DNA from: a virus
Taxonomy: Duplodnaviria; Caudoviricetes
DNA length: 64,000 nt
IMG/VR virus record: IMGVR_UViG_3300028832_000100
Direction: 5' to 3' (one strand)
The translations under genes and the position numbers were made by a program. The notes beneath the pieces are model-generated. The model was not told where the DNA came from. It ran no database searches and saw only the letters and a program-made list of their open reading frames with translations. Below are positions 26,719 through 36,891 of the stretch, piece by piece. Every line of letters begins with the position of its first letter. Within the stretch, counting starts at the first letter, position 1.

Positions 26719-26825
26719 TCGGAGTATCTCCTTTCTTCGGGACTTGTATGCCGTATTTCCAAGAGATCAAAAATCCCTTAGTGAGAGCCCCGTTCTCGTA
26801 GTCCTTTTTAATTTTGACTCAATAT

Positions 26826-28013
26826 TTAGGTTGCGTCGTCAAGTGTGATCGTAGGTGTTCTATATGTGTTTCCTTTTTGTGTAGTAATTACACAGTATAC
26901 AGATCTTTCGGTCCCACTATTTGTGATTACATTTTCCGCAATAGTGAAGTTGTCAGATCCACTGGATATCGCCGTTCCATCTGCTTTGTAGAAAGCGTAA
27001 GTATCCGCTACCTCACCAGAAACACTCAATGTTGCAGTACCACTGACCGTCGATTTAGCAAATGTTGCAACAGCAATTCCACCGAGTTGACTTACTGCAT
27101 TTGCGTCGTCTGTTCCAGAATCACCAAGAGTAAAGGAAAGATCAAGCGTCCAATCACTTGTAAGAGAAGCAAATGTATCGTTGTTGCAAGTGGTATCTTC
27201 GCCCTCAAGCCACAGACGAACAGTTACTTTGTAGTAAACAGAAGACCCAACTGTCGCATCACCAATTACAACAGGGGAGTTTAGGCTTGTTACTTCTGTA
27301 CTCGGTGCATCGTTTTCTGAAATTCCATAGTTACTTGTAAAATAGCCTGCATCTGAAAATTTCAAAATAGCAACCAAGTCAGAATCGGATATAGCTGTTG
27401 TTTGCGCTGTATTCGCAGAGGCACTTTGAGAGAACACTGCTACACGAAATGCTTTGTCTGTCGGAGTAGATCCATCGTACAACAGATTGCATTTATCCAT
27501 GTAAATTTTTCTTGTAACAGTCTCCGCACTTGTTCCTTTTAGATAGAATGAATAATCAATGTATCCGTATGCAATTTCTGTGGGGGCAGAGAACCCATAA
27601 TTAGCATTAAAGTCGTCGTCATAATGGGTTTTGTTAGCGGATGCATCTGCATGTGCGGTGTCTTCATCATATTCCGTATAGACATTTGTTTTTGCATCTC
27701 CGGATCCTTCCACATTCGATGTCGATGTGTACCAGAAAGAAACACCATCAATTGTTGAAACAGGCTCCAAGATTCCTTCTCTTACCTGATTCAGCGAGAT
27801 AAGGTAGTCTCCCTCATTATTACCGTCATTAGCGTCTGATGAGTCTACAGGTGCAATAAGTAGGTTGTTGTTGACCTTCGTGGTCACGGTCATACCGGTT
27901 ACGAGAACCTTGTTGTTCATGGAGAACCATGCGAAGGTGGAGCCGGTTGCGATTCCGATTGCCATCATCAGGCAAAGAACCGCCATGAGGATTCTTAATG
28001 TTTTGCTTTTCAT
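26826..28013 (-). CDS. Secreted TasA/camelysin-like protein with a SipW-type signal peptide
   Basis: MKSK-hydrophobic-GSTFAWFS signal; VTVRLWLEGED..C motif. Confidence 0.7.
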   Translation of the reverse strand: MKSKTLRILMAVLCLMMAIGIATGSTFAWFSMNNKVLVTGMTVTTKVNNNLLIAPVDSSDANDGNNEGDYLISLNQVREGILEPVSTIDGVSFWYTSTSNVEGSGDAKTNVYTEYDEDTAHADASANKTHYDDDFNANYGFSAPTEIAYGYIDYSFYLKGTSAETVTRKIYMDKCNLLYDGSTPTDKAFRVAVFSQSASANTAQTTAISDSDLVAILKFSDAGYFTSNYGISENDAPSTEVTSLNSPVVIGDATVGSSVYYKVTVRLWLEGEDTTCNNDTFASLTSDWTLDLSFTLGDSGTDDANAVSQLGGIAVATFAKSTVSGTATLSVSGEVADTYAFYKADGTAISSGSDNFTIAENVITNSGTERSVYCVITTQKGNTYRTPTITLDDAT

Positions 28014-28085
28014 TTTGTTTTTCTCCTTTTTAATTTTGTGATTTTATTGTGGTTATATATGTACACGGGTTATCCCTAATTATTT

Positions 28086-28808
28086 TTAATATCCTGTGAA
28101 ATTAAGTTGGAATTTAATTCTATCGCCTAAATGACCATTGTTGCAGTCTGGATCGCACCCCTCTATCCAAATGACAATAGTGTACCTTGTAAAAGCACCT
28201 TCTTGAAAGTCTTTTACTGTAATCGAGAATAAATTTTTTCCATCCACCAAAAATGGTTTTGTTTGATATGGGGTTATCTTTTCTAATTCTTTTTGTAACT
28301 TTTGCTGGTTGTCTTCATTAGATTCTTCGAGCGCATATATACGATTACTTCTGTCGTTGGTAGAGTTTGTTTCTTCAATAACCATTATTCTAATCATACC
28401 AAGAGGATCACCGACAGTATCTATCAAAACCATGTCCATATCGTAGTCTAATGCTCTATCTGAATTGTTAATCAAATAGAAACTATATGCTAAATATCTA
28501 CTATCTTTTTTGTCGCTTACATTCCCAAGATCCCCTTTTGCAATATCATCGGGAAGAAATCCATAACTTGTATCATTCAATTCCATTAGTGATCCATAAA
28601 CAAGTCTATCTGTTTGTTCCGACAAATCTTGTTTTGCACTCAATGAAAGTTTTATGTCACTCTGTGATCCAACATTGACCACAAAGTTTCCGACTTTGTT
28701 GCCATAAATAGTGAATCCTGCAAATATGATAAGTAATATAAGAGATACAATTATCGCAATAGTAGATACGCGCATTATCTTTAATCTGCTATCCCACCTT
28801 ATTCTCAT
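28086..28808 (-). CDS. Membrane-anchored protein related to its downstream neighbour
   Basis: N-terminal TM; YSFYL and YTIVIWIEGCDPDC motifs shared with 26826-28013. Confidence 0.7.
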   Translation of the reverse strand: MRIRWDSRLKIMRVSTIAIIVSLILLIIFAGFTIYGNKVGNFVVNVGSQSDIKLSLSAKQDLSEQTDRLVYGSLMELNDTSYGFLPDDIAKGDLGNVSDKKDSRYLAYSFYLINNSDRALDYDMDMVLIDTVGDPLGMIRIMVIEETNSTNDRSNRIYALEESNEDNQQKLQKELEKITPYQTKPFLVDGKNLFSITVKDFQEGAFTRYTIVIWIEGCDPDCNNGHLGDRIKFQLNFTGY

Positions 28809-28819
28809 TATACCTCCTA

Positions 28820-28870
28820 ACAAAAAGAAAAGTTGCTAAACTCGACCCATTAAGATCAAATTTAGCAACT
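28820..28870 (-). terminator. Riboswitch expression-platform terminator
   Basis: AGUUGCUAAAU...GUUUAGCAACU-UUUCUUUUU, overlapping the aptamer 3' end. Confidence 0.8.
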
Positions 28871-28953
28871 GACAATCATTACTCCATACAAGAAGTTTTA
28901 GACTCTTAAGTTTTGCGACACACTCTTTCGAGTGCTGTGCCTTTATTATTTTG
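28857..28953 (-). promoter_or_regulatory. c-di-GMP-I (GEMM) riboswitch
   Basis: AAAGGCACAGCACUC-GAAA-GAGUGUGUCGCAAAAC...GUCUAA...AUGAUUGUCAGUUGC matches the GEMM architecture. Confidence 0.82.
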
Positions 28954-28976
28954 ACTATATAATATATACAATTTTT

Positions 28977-29189
28977 TTAATCAGAAATTCTTTTAATCTC
29001 TCTCTGAATATACCAAATTGCTTTTTCAAGATCCTGCTTTTTATTTCCCTTATGCTCACAACGAGAAATATACTTGACAGCATTTCCGAGATTGTAATTA
29101 AGATTCCATCCCTCTATAACATCTATTGTTTCGTATTTTCCGTATGTATAGTGGGATGGGTGATTTACTTGGTCTTTATTTTCATCCAT
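28977..29189 (-). CDS. DUF3310 protein
   Basis: VNHPSHY...GNAVKYISR...DLEKAIWY. Confidence 0.9.
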   Translation of the reverse strand: MDENKDQVNHPSHYTYGKYETIDVIEGWNLNYNLGNAVKYISRCEHKGNKKQDLEKAIWYIQREIKRISD

Positions 29190-32100
29190 TATTTTTGACC
29201 TCTTAATTCAATGAATTTCTTTATTTCTGACACACCAGCATATTTATCTTCTCCAATAAGTAGAGTTGGTGCTTGCTTTATGTTATGCTCTTGAACGAAC
29301 TCTTTATTTTCGTTTGCATAAAATTTCTTATAGGTAATACCGCTCTTATCCAATAAAGCACAAGCTATCTTACAATTCGGACATGTAGGCGTTGCAATTA
29401 GTATGATTTCCCCATTTTCTACATGAGTTGAATTCGGCTCATCTATATTGCATAAATCGCACTGTTCATATTCTTCTTTTTTGTGCAATATGCTGTTTGT
29501 TATATCGTAGGTTTTCCTATCCTTAAATTCTTGTGCTTTTCCATCATTCCAATTCTGCACTGGGCGATAATATCCCGTTATTCTGCTATATACTTCCGTA
29601 GGTTCTCCGCAATATGGACAAACGGATTGCTCACCAGACAAATATCCGTGTTTCTTGCAAACAGAGTATGTAGGTGACATTGTATAATAAGGAAGTTTAT
29701 AATTCTCTGCTATCTTTCTAACTAAGTTAGCAGCTGCTTTCCAATCCGGAAGTTTTTCACCGAGGAAGGCATGAAAGACCGTGCCAGATGTATAAAGTGT
29801 TTGTAGTTCGTCCTGAATATCAAGTGCAGAAAAAATGTCATCTGTATATCCAACAGGAAGATGAGAAGAGTTTGTATAGTAAGGAACTCCGCTACTCATA
29901 GAGGCGGTTATTATACTTGGATACTTTTCTACATCATGCTTTGCAAGTCTGTATGATGTTGACTCTGCTGGCGTTGCTTCAAGATTATAAAGATCGCCAT
30001 ATTCTTCCTGATAGTCCGAAAGCCGTTCTCTCATGTGGTTTAGAACATTGATTGTAAATTCTTGAGATTCCTTGTTTGTAAGATCTTTTTTCAACCAACA
30101 AGCATTAAGGCATGCTTCGTTCATACCGACTAACCCGATTGTTGAAAAATGATTATTTAATGTACCCAAATACCGTTTGGTGTATGGATAAAGACCTGCT
30201 TCAAGTAGTTTAGTGATGACGGTACGTTTGACTTTCAGCGAACGCGCCGCGATATCCATCATCTTGTCGAGCCGTTCGTAGAACTCGGTTTCGTCTTTTG
30301 AGAGATAAGCAATTCGTGGCATATTGATCGTGACCACGCCGACAGAGCCGGTGCTTTCGCCACTTCCGAAGAAGCCGCCCGATTTCTTACGCAGTTCGCG
30401 CAGATCCAGACGCAGACGGCAACACATGGAACGAACGTCGCTCGGCTCCATATCGCTGTTGATGTAGTTTGAGAAATAAGGCGTACCGTATTTTGCTGTC
30501 ATTTCAAACAGCAGTTTGTTGTTCTCGGTTTCAGACCAATCGAAACCTCTTGTTATTGAATAAGTAGGTCATTTTTACCCTCGGTTTCCCGATATTTATT
30601 AGGGGATTAGACTATATCATCATCTTGCTTTGCAAGATGTGTGGCACTTCGATTTAAGGGGTTTTCACCCAGCAAGCATCTCATCTTGCCCCTACTCCTA
30701 ATGGGGAATTACACCCCCAAAATGGGATAGTCGTTTGAGTTTGTATAATAAATCATTTCCAAGTGTTTTTTAATAGTATATCTCTTATAGTAGCTGCTGA
30801 AACACCATATTTTTTACCAATTTTATAATATGGTGCATATTTGCCTCTATGTTTGATTTCTTCCACTTGTGCATATGTTAATTTTGCGTTGTAGTGATTT
30901 TCTCCTTTTTTACGCAAACCAATATCATAAGCATGCTTATTATTTTCAGAATAAGAAACAATTTCTAAATTGGAAACACAATTATTCTTTTTGTTTCCAT
31001 CTTTATGATTAACAGTATCTCCTAATTCATCCAAAAATGCATTGGCAACAAGTTTGTGTATGTAAAAATTTTTTCTTCTGTGTCCATCTCTTAAGCTCAC
31101 ATAATAATAACCATTTTTGCATTCACATTTGGAGAGAATCCTCTCTTTAAGGATCATTCCATTTTTACTGCCATTTTCTACATGCCTTTGAAGGCTCTTT
31201 ACCTCTCCGCTATCACTTATTTTATAAAGACCTTCATAACCACATATGTCTTTCCACATAATAATCACCTCCAATAAAAATTGAAAATGATTTATTATAC
31301 CTTACCACAGGATTCCCATGCTACTATTTGTAGTTTAGAGTCCCCTGTTAGCACGATTCTTTATCACAATTTTCTGTGAATACTGTTTGTGAATCGCACA
31401 CCCAGCATTTACTGGTTCACCACATTTTCATAATACATCACTGCATTATGCCACAACTACTTCTATGGGGTATTGGAAACCTCTGCCATTAGCGTCGCCC
31501 TCGATCATGATCTCGATGAACGCCTTGTTCACCATATCCATTTCTTTCTTGCAGTCTTTGTACTTGAAGTCCATCTCCTTGCCGCCCACGATGGCGTTGA
31601 GCTCCGCCAGATCAGAAGGAACCGTCCAGTCGAGAGTGATGTTGGTGAACGGTGCTTGAGTACCCCAACGAGAAGGAGTATTCACACCATATACAAAGGA
31701 CTGGATGCACTGCTTGACTTCCTTATAGGAAAGGTTGTCCACCTTGACGAACGGCGCGAGATAGGTATCGAACGAGGAGAACGCCTGCGCGCCCGCCCAT
31801 TCGTTCTGCATGATGCCGAGGAAGTTGACCATCTGGTTGCAGAGCGTAGATAAATGGCTTGCAGGAGATGATGTAATCTTTCCGAGCACACCCCCAAGTC
31901 CTTCTTGAATAAGTTGCTTCAAAGACCAACCAGCACAATATGGTGCAAGCATTGATAAATCATGTATATGAATATCTGCATTTCTGTGTGCGTTTGCAAC
32001 CTCATCATCATAAACTTCGGAAAGCCAATAATTGGCTGTAACTGCCCCAGAATTTGATAAGATCAATCCACCTAATGAATAAGAAACAGTAGAATTTTCC

Positions 32101-32483
32101 TTTACACGCCAATCGCTCACTTTAAGATAGCTGTCTACAACTTTCTTATAATTTATTAAAGTATCTTCTGTTTCTCGAACCTTTTGATGTTGATACCTGT
32201 ATTTAATATAATGTTTAGCAAGATTATACTTGTTAAGTCTTATAAGTTCGTTCTCTATAATATCTTGTATCTCTTCTACAGATAAATCTATTATCTGGTC
32301 ATTAGAAATATCAATTACCGCTCTCTCTGCAATTCTTCCTTGAATTGATTTAATTAGTTTTGTAAAACTCGCTCCTTCTACTCGATCTTCTTCATCTACA
32401 TCTTTGTTTGCTTCCTCTAAACACTTTTTTATTTTTTCAATATTAAAGTCTTGTAGAGTGCCATCTCTTTTGATAACTTTCAT
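29189..32483 (-). CDS. nrdD: Anaerobic ribonucleoside-triphosphate reductase (ATP cone, C-terminal glutaredoxin-like domain); exons 31465-32483 and 29189-30569
   Basis: MCCRL, ATPAES, YSRITGY, CPNC; splicing restores GRGFQYPI|PTYSIT. Confidence 0.93.
30570..31464 (-). mobile_element. Group I intron in nrdD
   Basis: 5' exon ends in U (CCCAU) paired to GUGG; AAGUAG/CUACUU P10; GAUAUAGUC core; terminal G. Confidence 0.92.
30753..31274 (-). CDS. NUMOD4-HNH homing endonuclease (intron-encoded)
   Basis: WKDICGYEGLYKISDSG, IHKLVA, VNHKDGNKKNN..SNLE. Confidence 0.9.
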   Translation of the reverse strand: MEVIIMWKDICGYEGLYKISDSGEVKSLQRHVENGSKNGMILKERILSKCECKNGYYYVSLRDGHRRKNFYIHKLVANAFLDELGDTVNHKDGNKKNNCVSNLEIVSYSENNKHAYDIGLRKKGENHYNAKLTYAQVEEIKHRGKYAPYYKIGKKYGVSAATIRDILLKNTWK

Positions 32484-32498
32484 GGATAACCTCTTTTG

Positions 32499-33092
32499 TT
32501 AATATATTTTTGTTAGTCTTTCTTTTGACTGAAAGTAACTCGGTCTTGGTTGCTCGACCTCGAACATTTCCTTTATCTCCCCCAAATGAAACGGTTTTCC
32601 ACCTTTCACTGGTAAAGATACTGCTCCACCCTCCTTTTTAGAAATAATATCTCTTGCTTGCTCAATGTTAAGAATATGGTCGCCAGTGTTAGTAAATTTT
32701 CTAACAATGTCACCACGGGAATGACCTTCAAACGGATTTGTGCATACTTCAAAGCAACCATCACTATCTTTGTAGATGATAGAACTTTGCTCATATTTCA
32801 TCCCTAATTCAAATGCCCGTTTTTTAGTAATCCCTGAAATCAACAAAGAACGCTCATCAAATTCTTCTCCATCTTCAACCCATCTGCTTATGAACTCAAT
32901 GAACCCATATCCAAGATCTCTAACTTCGGATTTTAGATTTGCCATTCGTTTACGGTTTTCTTTCTCTGAATATTCTCCTCTGTACGGGGAAATAATAGCG
33001 CAAGAAGATTCGTCCGATAAGTGCTTTAACAATCTAGATGTAGTAGATTCTTCAATTTCATTTAGTTCCTCAAAAACCTCTCTGTAATTCAT
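32499..33092 (-). CDS. DUF3293-like protein
   Basis: AIISPYR...EN...ERSLLI...KYEQSSI. Confidence 0.5.
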   Translation of the reverse strand: MNYREVFEELNEIEESTTSRLLKHLSDESSCAIISPYRGEYSEKENRKRMANLKSEVRDLGYGFIEFISRWVEDGEEFDERSLLISGITKKRAFELGMKYEQSSIIYKDSDGCFEVCTNPFEGHSRGDIVRKFTNTGDHILNIEQARDIISKKEGGAVSLPVKGGKPFHLGEIKEMFEVEQPRPSYFQSKERLTKIY

Positions 33093-33113
33093 TTTTTATC
33101 CTTTCGTGAAAAA

Positions 33114-33144
33114 TATAGACAGAGAAGATTATTCTCTGTCTATA
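33114..33144 (-). terminator. Intrinsic terminator
   Basis: Perfect TATAGACAGAGAA/TTCTCTGTCTATA hairpin. Confidence 0.75.
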
Positions 33145-33149
33145 AAGTT

Positions 33150-34364
33150 TTAGTTTTCAAAGTAAGACCAGAACTCGTCGAAAGCTTTTTGTACGCTGTC
33201 TGTACCGGGTTCATGTACTTTTTCAACAGGCTTCTCAACACTGACAACTCTTGCTCGTGTAATCTCAGTCTGTTTCGTTCCTCTGTACTCGTTGTGTGCT
33301 TTAACAGTACCTTTAAGCGTCATCGCTACACTATCAAGGCATTTTGAAGTCTTCCACACAAGAATATCATTTCCGACAACAAACTTGTAGATGTAAATAT
33401 ATCCATACTCACCATCAATGGAATACACACATTCAGGAGTTGCGGTGAACTCAATACGATCTCCGACATTCCCCACATAATCAGACTGACAGATTTCTCT
33501 CTCGGTCTTCTCTTTGTTATTCTTCAAATACAGGCTGTAAGCGGAAGAAAGAAGACCAATATTTTCTTCCCCAACACTGCTGTGAGAAATGAGAACTTTA
33601 AGATTGTTAATCCAAGAATTGGTGTCAGGACTTTCCTTTACCAATCTCTTGATCTCCACAACGATTTCTTTCGTACCAGCATACACTTCGTGACGCTCGA
33701 CAATGATCTCTCCAAGCATATTCTTTCGCTCGGTAATCAGGTTGTAGATATCACTTGCGGTAGTGGTAGGAAGATCCACATGACCTTCATCAACGAGTCT
33801 GTCGAGCATCGCTCTCGAAATATACCCATACTTTTTGATGTGCTCTACTGTCTGTTCAAGAACATCATCAACATCGTAGAATCTCTTGTCGAATCCAATA
33901 TGCTCCTCATTGAGTTTGTCGATGTATTCATCAATGGTTTCAAACCAAGAGAGATAAGAAGCATAACTATTTGCACTGATACCGATATACTCTTTCAAGC
34001 AAGTTTTTCCAACTTGAACGAAACCTACCCCCTCTTTGTAGAGAAGAACGGTGTGCTTACGAGTTCTGACATCGGTCTTACAATGGTCGCACTCACAGCG
34101 AGTGAAATATTCAGACGGGATCTCGATATTACTTACTCCCTTGATAATGTTTCTGCCACAATCCGGATCAAAGTCAAGGGTTGCAACAAACTCATACCCA
34201 TCAATCTTGTATTGACCATCAACAGTAACCTCAACATACTTGTGGTTATTCTGAATGAACGGCTCTCCAAATTCAAGAGTGACTTCTGCTCCGTACTTCT
34301 TGCGAATTTTTTCAACCTTTTCTTCGAGAAGATTTTTCAAGCCATAGAGAATAGTACAAGTCAT
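33150..34364 (-). CDS. Phage protein with a Zn-binding motif and a C-terminal OB-fold-like domain
   Basis: CDHC...QVGKTC; YVGNVGDR...KGTVKAHNEYRGTKQT. Confidence 0.7.
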   Translation of the reverse strand: MTCTILYGLKNLLEEKVEKIRKKYGAEVTLEFGEPFIQNNHKYVEVTVDGQYKIDGYEFVATLDFDPDCGRNIIKGVSNIEIPSEYFTRCECDHCKTDVRTRKHTVLLYKEGVGFVQVGKTCLKEYIGISANSYASYLSWFETIDEYIDKLNEEHIGFDKRFYDVDDVLEQTVEHIKKYGYISRAMLDRLVDEGHVDLPTTTASDIYNLITERKNMLGEIIVERHEVYAGTKEIVVEIKRLVKESPDTNSWINNLKVLISHSSVGEENIGLLSSAYSLYLKNNKEKTEREICQSDYVGNVGDRIEFTATPECVYSIDGEYGYIYIYKFVVGNDILVWKTSKCLDSVAMTLKGTVKAHNEYRGTKQTEITRARVVSVEKPVEKVHEPGTDSVQKAFDEFWSYFEN

Positions 34365-34394
34365 ATTGATTACCTCTCTTTCTTTACTATATAT

Positions 34395-34423
34395 ATTATA
34401 TCATAAAAAGAGAGTTTTGTCAA
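34395..34423 (-). promoter_or_regulatory. sigma-A type promoter
   Basis: TTGACA-17-TATAAT with TG. Confidence 0.85.
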
Positions 34424-34432
34424 CTATATATT

Positions 34433-34654
34433 TTAAGGATTTTTCCTCTTGTATGCATCGGAAAACAGTATTCCAGTATTGTCTCCTCGTGCAATAATTC
34501 TTCCGTAGAAATCTCTTGTTGTATTGGACGATTTGTTATATGTACCAAGAATCCTTTTATAAAAATCTCTCACAACTTTATCACCATTCGGCTTTGTTTC
34601 TATATAACCGATAGTTCTACCATGAAAATCTTTGATCGCTTCTTGATTAGTCAT
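34433..34654 (-). CDS. Small protein with three (R/K)DF(H/Y)(G/K)R repeats
   Basis: KDFHGRTIG / RDFYKRILG / RDFYGRIIA. Confidence 0.7.
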   Translation of the reverse strand: MTNQEAIKDFHGRTIGYIETKPNGDKVVRDFYKRILGTYNKSSNTTRDFYGRIIARGDNTGILFSDAYKRKNP

Positions 34655-34657
34655 TTA

Positions 34658-35035
34658 TTAAAAAGCCTCCTCGTCTTTCATGTAGCCTATTATTGATTTG
34701 CATTGAGCCAGCGCATTATCCTTGCTGATATCTCTTGCCTGTGTTATATCTGAAAAAGATTTTTTACCTTTGTTCAAAAAATTATCTATTATGCGGACAA
34801 CTTTTTTACCATCAAACTCCATTCTGGAAAAATAACATATACAGGAGTCTTCTAATTTATCCGAAGTAGGATCTATTGGTCCATATTCCATAACTCTTAC
34901 AAATCCCATTGAGGTACTTATCACTAAATACCAAAACAGACCGTCATCGTTATTTGCTTCTATTGCACAATTACCATAATCTTCAATATCTATTGATCCA
35001 AGATATGACTCTTGTCTACAAAATTCAATCCGCAT
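34658..35035 (-). CDS. Hypothetical protein
   Basis: ORF in operon. Confidence 0.65.
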   Translation of the reverse strand: MRIEFCRQESYLGSIDIEDYGNCAIEANNDDGLFWYLVISTSMGFVRVMEYGPIDPTSDKLEDSCICYFSRMEFDGKKVVRIIDNFLNKGKKSFSDITQARDISKDNALAQCKSIIGYMKDEEAF

Positions 35036-35711
35036 TTTCTGAATTTTCTTCGTTCAATTCATCTGCATTATCAATATGAATTGTAGCAGGAGTCAGTTTA
35101 ACCTCTCCGTTTTGAATAGCAGTCAAGAATTTAATACCATCATTCATCTGCTTCAGTTCTGGATCTTCTTCAATCTCTTTTTCAAGTGATTTCTTTTTAA
35201 CATCAATGGATTCCAAATACATATCAATTAGTTCTTCTTTTTCTTGTTCTGTAAAGTAATCCCAATTTGAATCGATCTCAAACCCAACATCAGAAATCAA
35301 AACACCGTCTAACTGATTAACCAACTGCTGAATGACTGTTGCTGCAACGCCAAGAAATCTATCACTCTTTATCTTTCCGAGTGGTGTTACATAAGAAGCA
35401 ACAACCTCCTGATTTCTGACAACAAGATATTCCTTGTCTGGAATACTCGGTGAACTTTCTCTCGAAATGGTAAGACCTTTTGCATTATACAAAACAGGGT
35501 TTACATAACTTCTTACATCCCCGTTATAGTTAATTACTATAATTCTTTTGTTTTTACCAATCTGATTTGCTGAAAGACCAAGTAGATTCTTTTCTTTTAC
35601 TGTGTGCTTCAATTCGAGAATAATGTCACGCATTTCCTTACTTTGCTTAACAGTATCAATCTCATCCGCTCTTTCGCACAATTCTTCATAATCTGTTACA
35701 ATTTCTGCCAT
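35025..35711 (-). CDS. Peptide deformylase-like protein with degenerate catalytic motifs
   Basis: GLSANQIG, YVNP, ESSPSIP (normally EGCLS), QQLVNQLDG (normally QHEIDHLDG). Confidence 0.8.
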   Translation of the reverse strand: MAEIVTDYEELCERADEIDTVKQSKEMRDIILELKHTVKEKNLLGLSANQIGKNKRIIVINYNGDVRSYVNPVLYNAKGLTISRESSPSIPDKEYLVVRNQEVVASYVTPLGKIKSDRFLGVAATVIQQLVNQLDGVLISDVGFEIDSNWDYFTEQEKEELIDMYLESIDVKKKSLEKEIEEDPELKQMNDGIKFLTAIQNGEVKLTPATIHIDNADELNEENSENAD

Positions 35712-35714
35712 TTA

Positions 35715-35996
35715 TCAAATCTCCGTTATTGTCATTTGGTATATATCGTTTTCAAGATCACCGGAAAGGCTAATTAAAAAATCTTCATCTTCATAAAGAT
35801 AGTTCATATTTGCGCTTTCATCAGTCAATATACCATTGTCTTCTTGTGGGATCAAAAGATCAGAGTCTTCCAGTATGCTGAATATCTTTCCGAACTCATC
35901 GCTGGAATCAATGTCAACAACAAAGGATCCGTCTTCGCTGTATGTTCCAGATTTATTTATGCCCAAATTTTTCAAAATTGTTTCTGCTACAATCAT
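35715..35996 (-). CDS. Hypothetical acidic protein
   Basis: ORF in operon. Confidence 0.65.
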   Translation of the reverse strand: MIVAETILKNLGINKSGTYSEDGSFVVDIDSSDEFGKIFSILEDSDLLIPQEDNGILTDESANMNYLYEDEDFLISLSGDLENDIYQMTITEI

Positions 35997-36337
35997 TTGT
36001 GGATCATTTTTTGTAAGTCATCCAATGCGTTTCTATTGGATTGAATTACACCTTCCTTTGAATATTTCTTGTCAAGAGATGATGTTTTCTTTTTCATCAT
36101 ATCACTATAATTCTTGTGCTTCTCTTTCCTCGTTGGTTGGTTCAATAAGAAAGAAACCCAAGACATTGTTTCATAGGATTGCATAACGGGTTGGAAAACT
36201 TTTTTCATATTTTCCAATCTTTCCGGCTCTACCAATCCCTGTTGAACTACCTCTTCAAACTCTTTTATTTGCCCCTTTAATTCCGCATATTGCTCACAAA
36301 CTTGGGCGTAATATTCATCAAAATCTTTTTTGCTCAT
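35993..36337 (-). CDS. Hypothetical protein
   Basis: ORF in operon. Confidence 0.7.
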   Translation of the reverse strand: MSKKDFDEYYAQVCEQYAELKGQIKEFEEVVQQGLVEPERLENMKKVFQPVMQSYETMSWVSFLLNQPTRKEKHKNYSDMMKKKTSSLDKKYSKEGVIQSNRNALDDLQKMIHK

Positions 36338-36393
36338 ATTGTTACCTATCTGTAAAAATGAAAGTAATTGGGGGATATTTTATCCCCCAATCA

Positions 36394-36891
36394 TTACAGC
36401 CAAAAGAATTCATTAAACCATCTATTGGTACTATTAAACTCCTTGATAGCGCGATCAAACTCTTCTGCCGCTTTCTTGTCACTATAAGACACACGATACA
36501 CACCATAGGCATCATTGAATTCTTTAAGTGCCTTATACTTATTCTGCTCTGCATCCTGAACTGCTTTCTTTGCAGGATTCAGAAGATTGTCAATATCCTC
36601 ATGGTATTTCTTGGATATTTCCTTCGCCTTTTCCAGTGCAACAGAATAGAGTGCCCTTGCTTCGGTCACTTTTTCTTCACACTTCTGAACCTTGTCCGCA
36701 AGGTCTTTCTTTGATGGTGTTTTAACTTCATCTGACTTTTTACAGCCTTTTGATTCTTCACACTCATCACATGGTTTCACACAGTCACAATCAGGGTCAT
36801 CTTCATACCCTTCAAGATACAGTGCTTCTGCTTCTTGACACTCTTTCTCAGTGTCAAACACTTCTTTTAACATTTCGGAATAATACTTCAT
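36394..36891 (-). CDS. Hypothetical coiled-coil protein
   Basis: MKYYSE...FDTEKECQEAE; AGGAGGG RBS; GGGGATA hairpin follows. Confidence 0.75.
   Translation of the reverse strand: MKYYSEMLKEVFDTEKECQEAEALYLEGYEDDPDCDCVKPCDECEESKGCKKSDEVKTPSKKDLADKVQKCEEKVTEARALYSVALEKAKEISKKYHEDIDNLLNPAKKAVQDAEQNKYKALKEFNDAYGVYRVSYSDKKAAEEFDRAIKEFNSTNRWFNEFFWL

Larger units (their letters stand above)
25196..26808. mobile_element. Methyltransferase cassette bounded by imperfect inverted repeats
   Basis: AAAAGGACTACGA-N12-TCACTTAGGGATTT (25196-25234) versus the reverse complement of 26771-26808, AAAAGGACTACGA-N11-TCACTAAGGGATTT. Confidence 0.55.
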
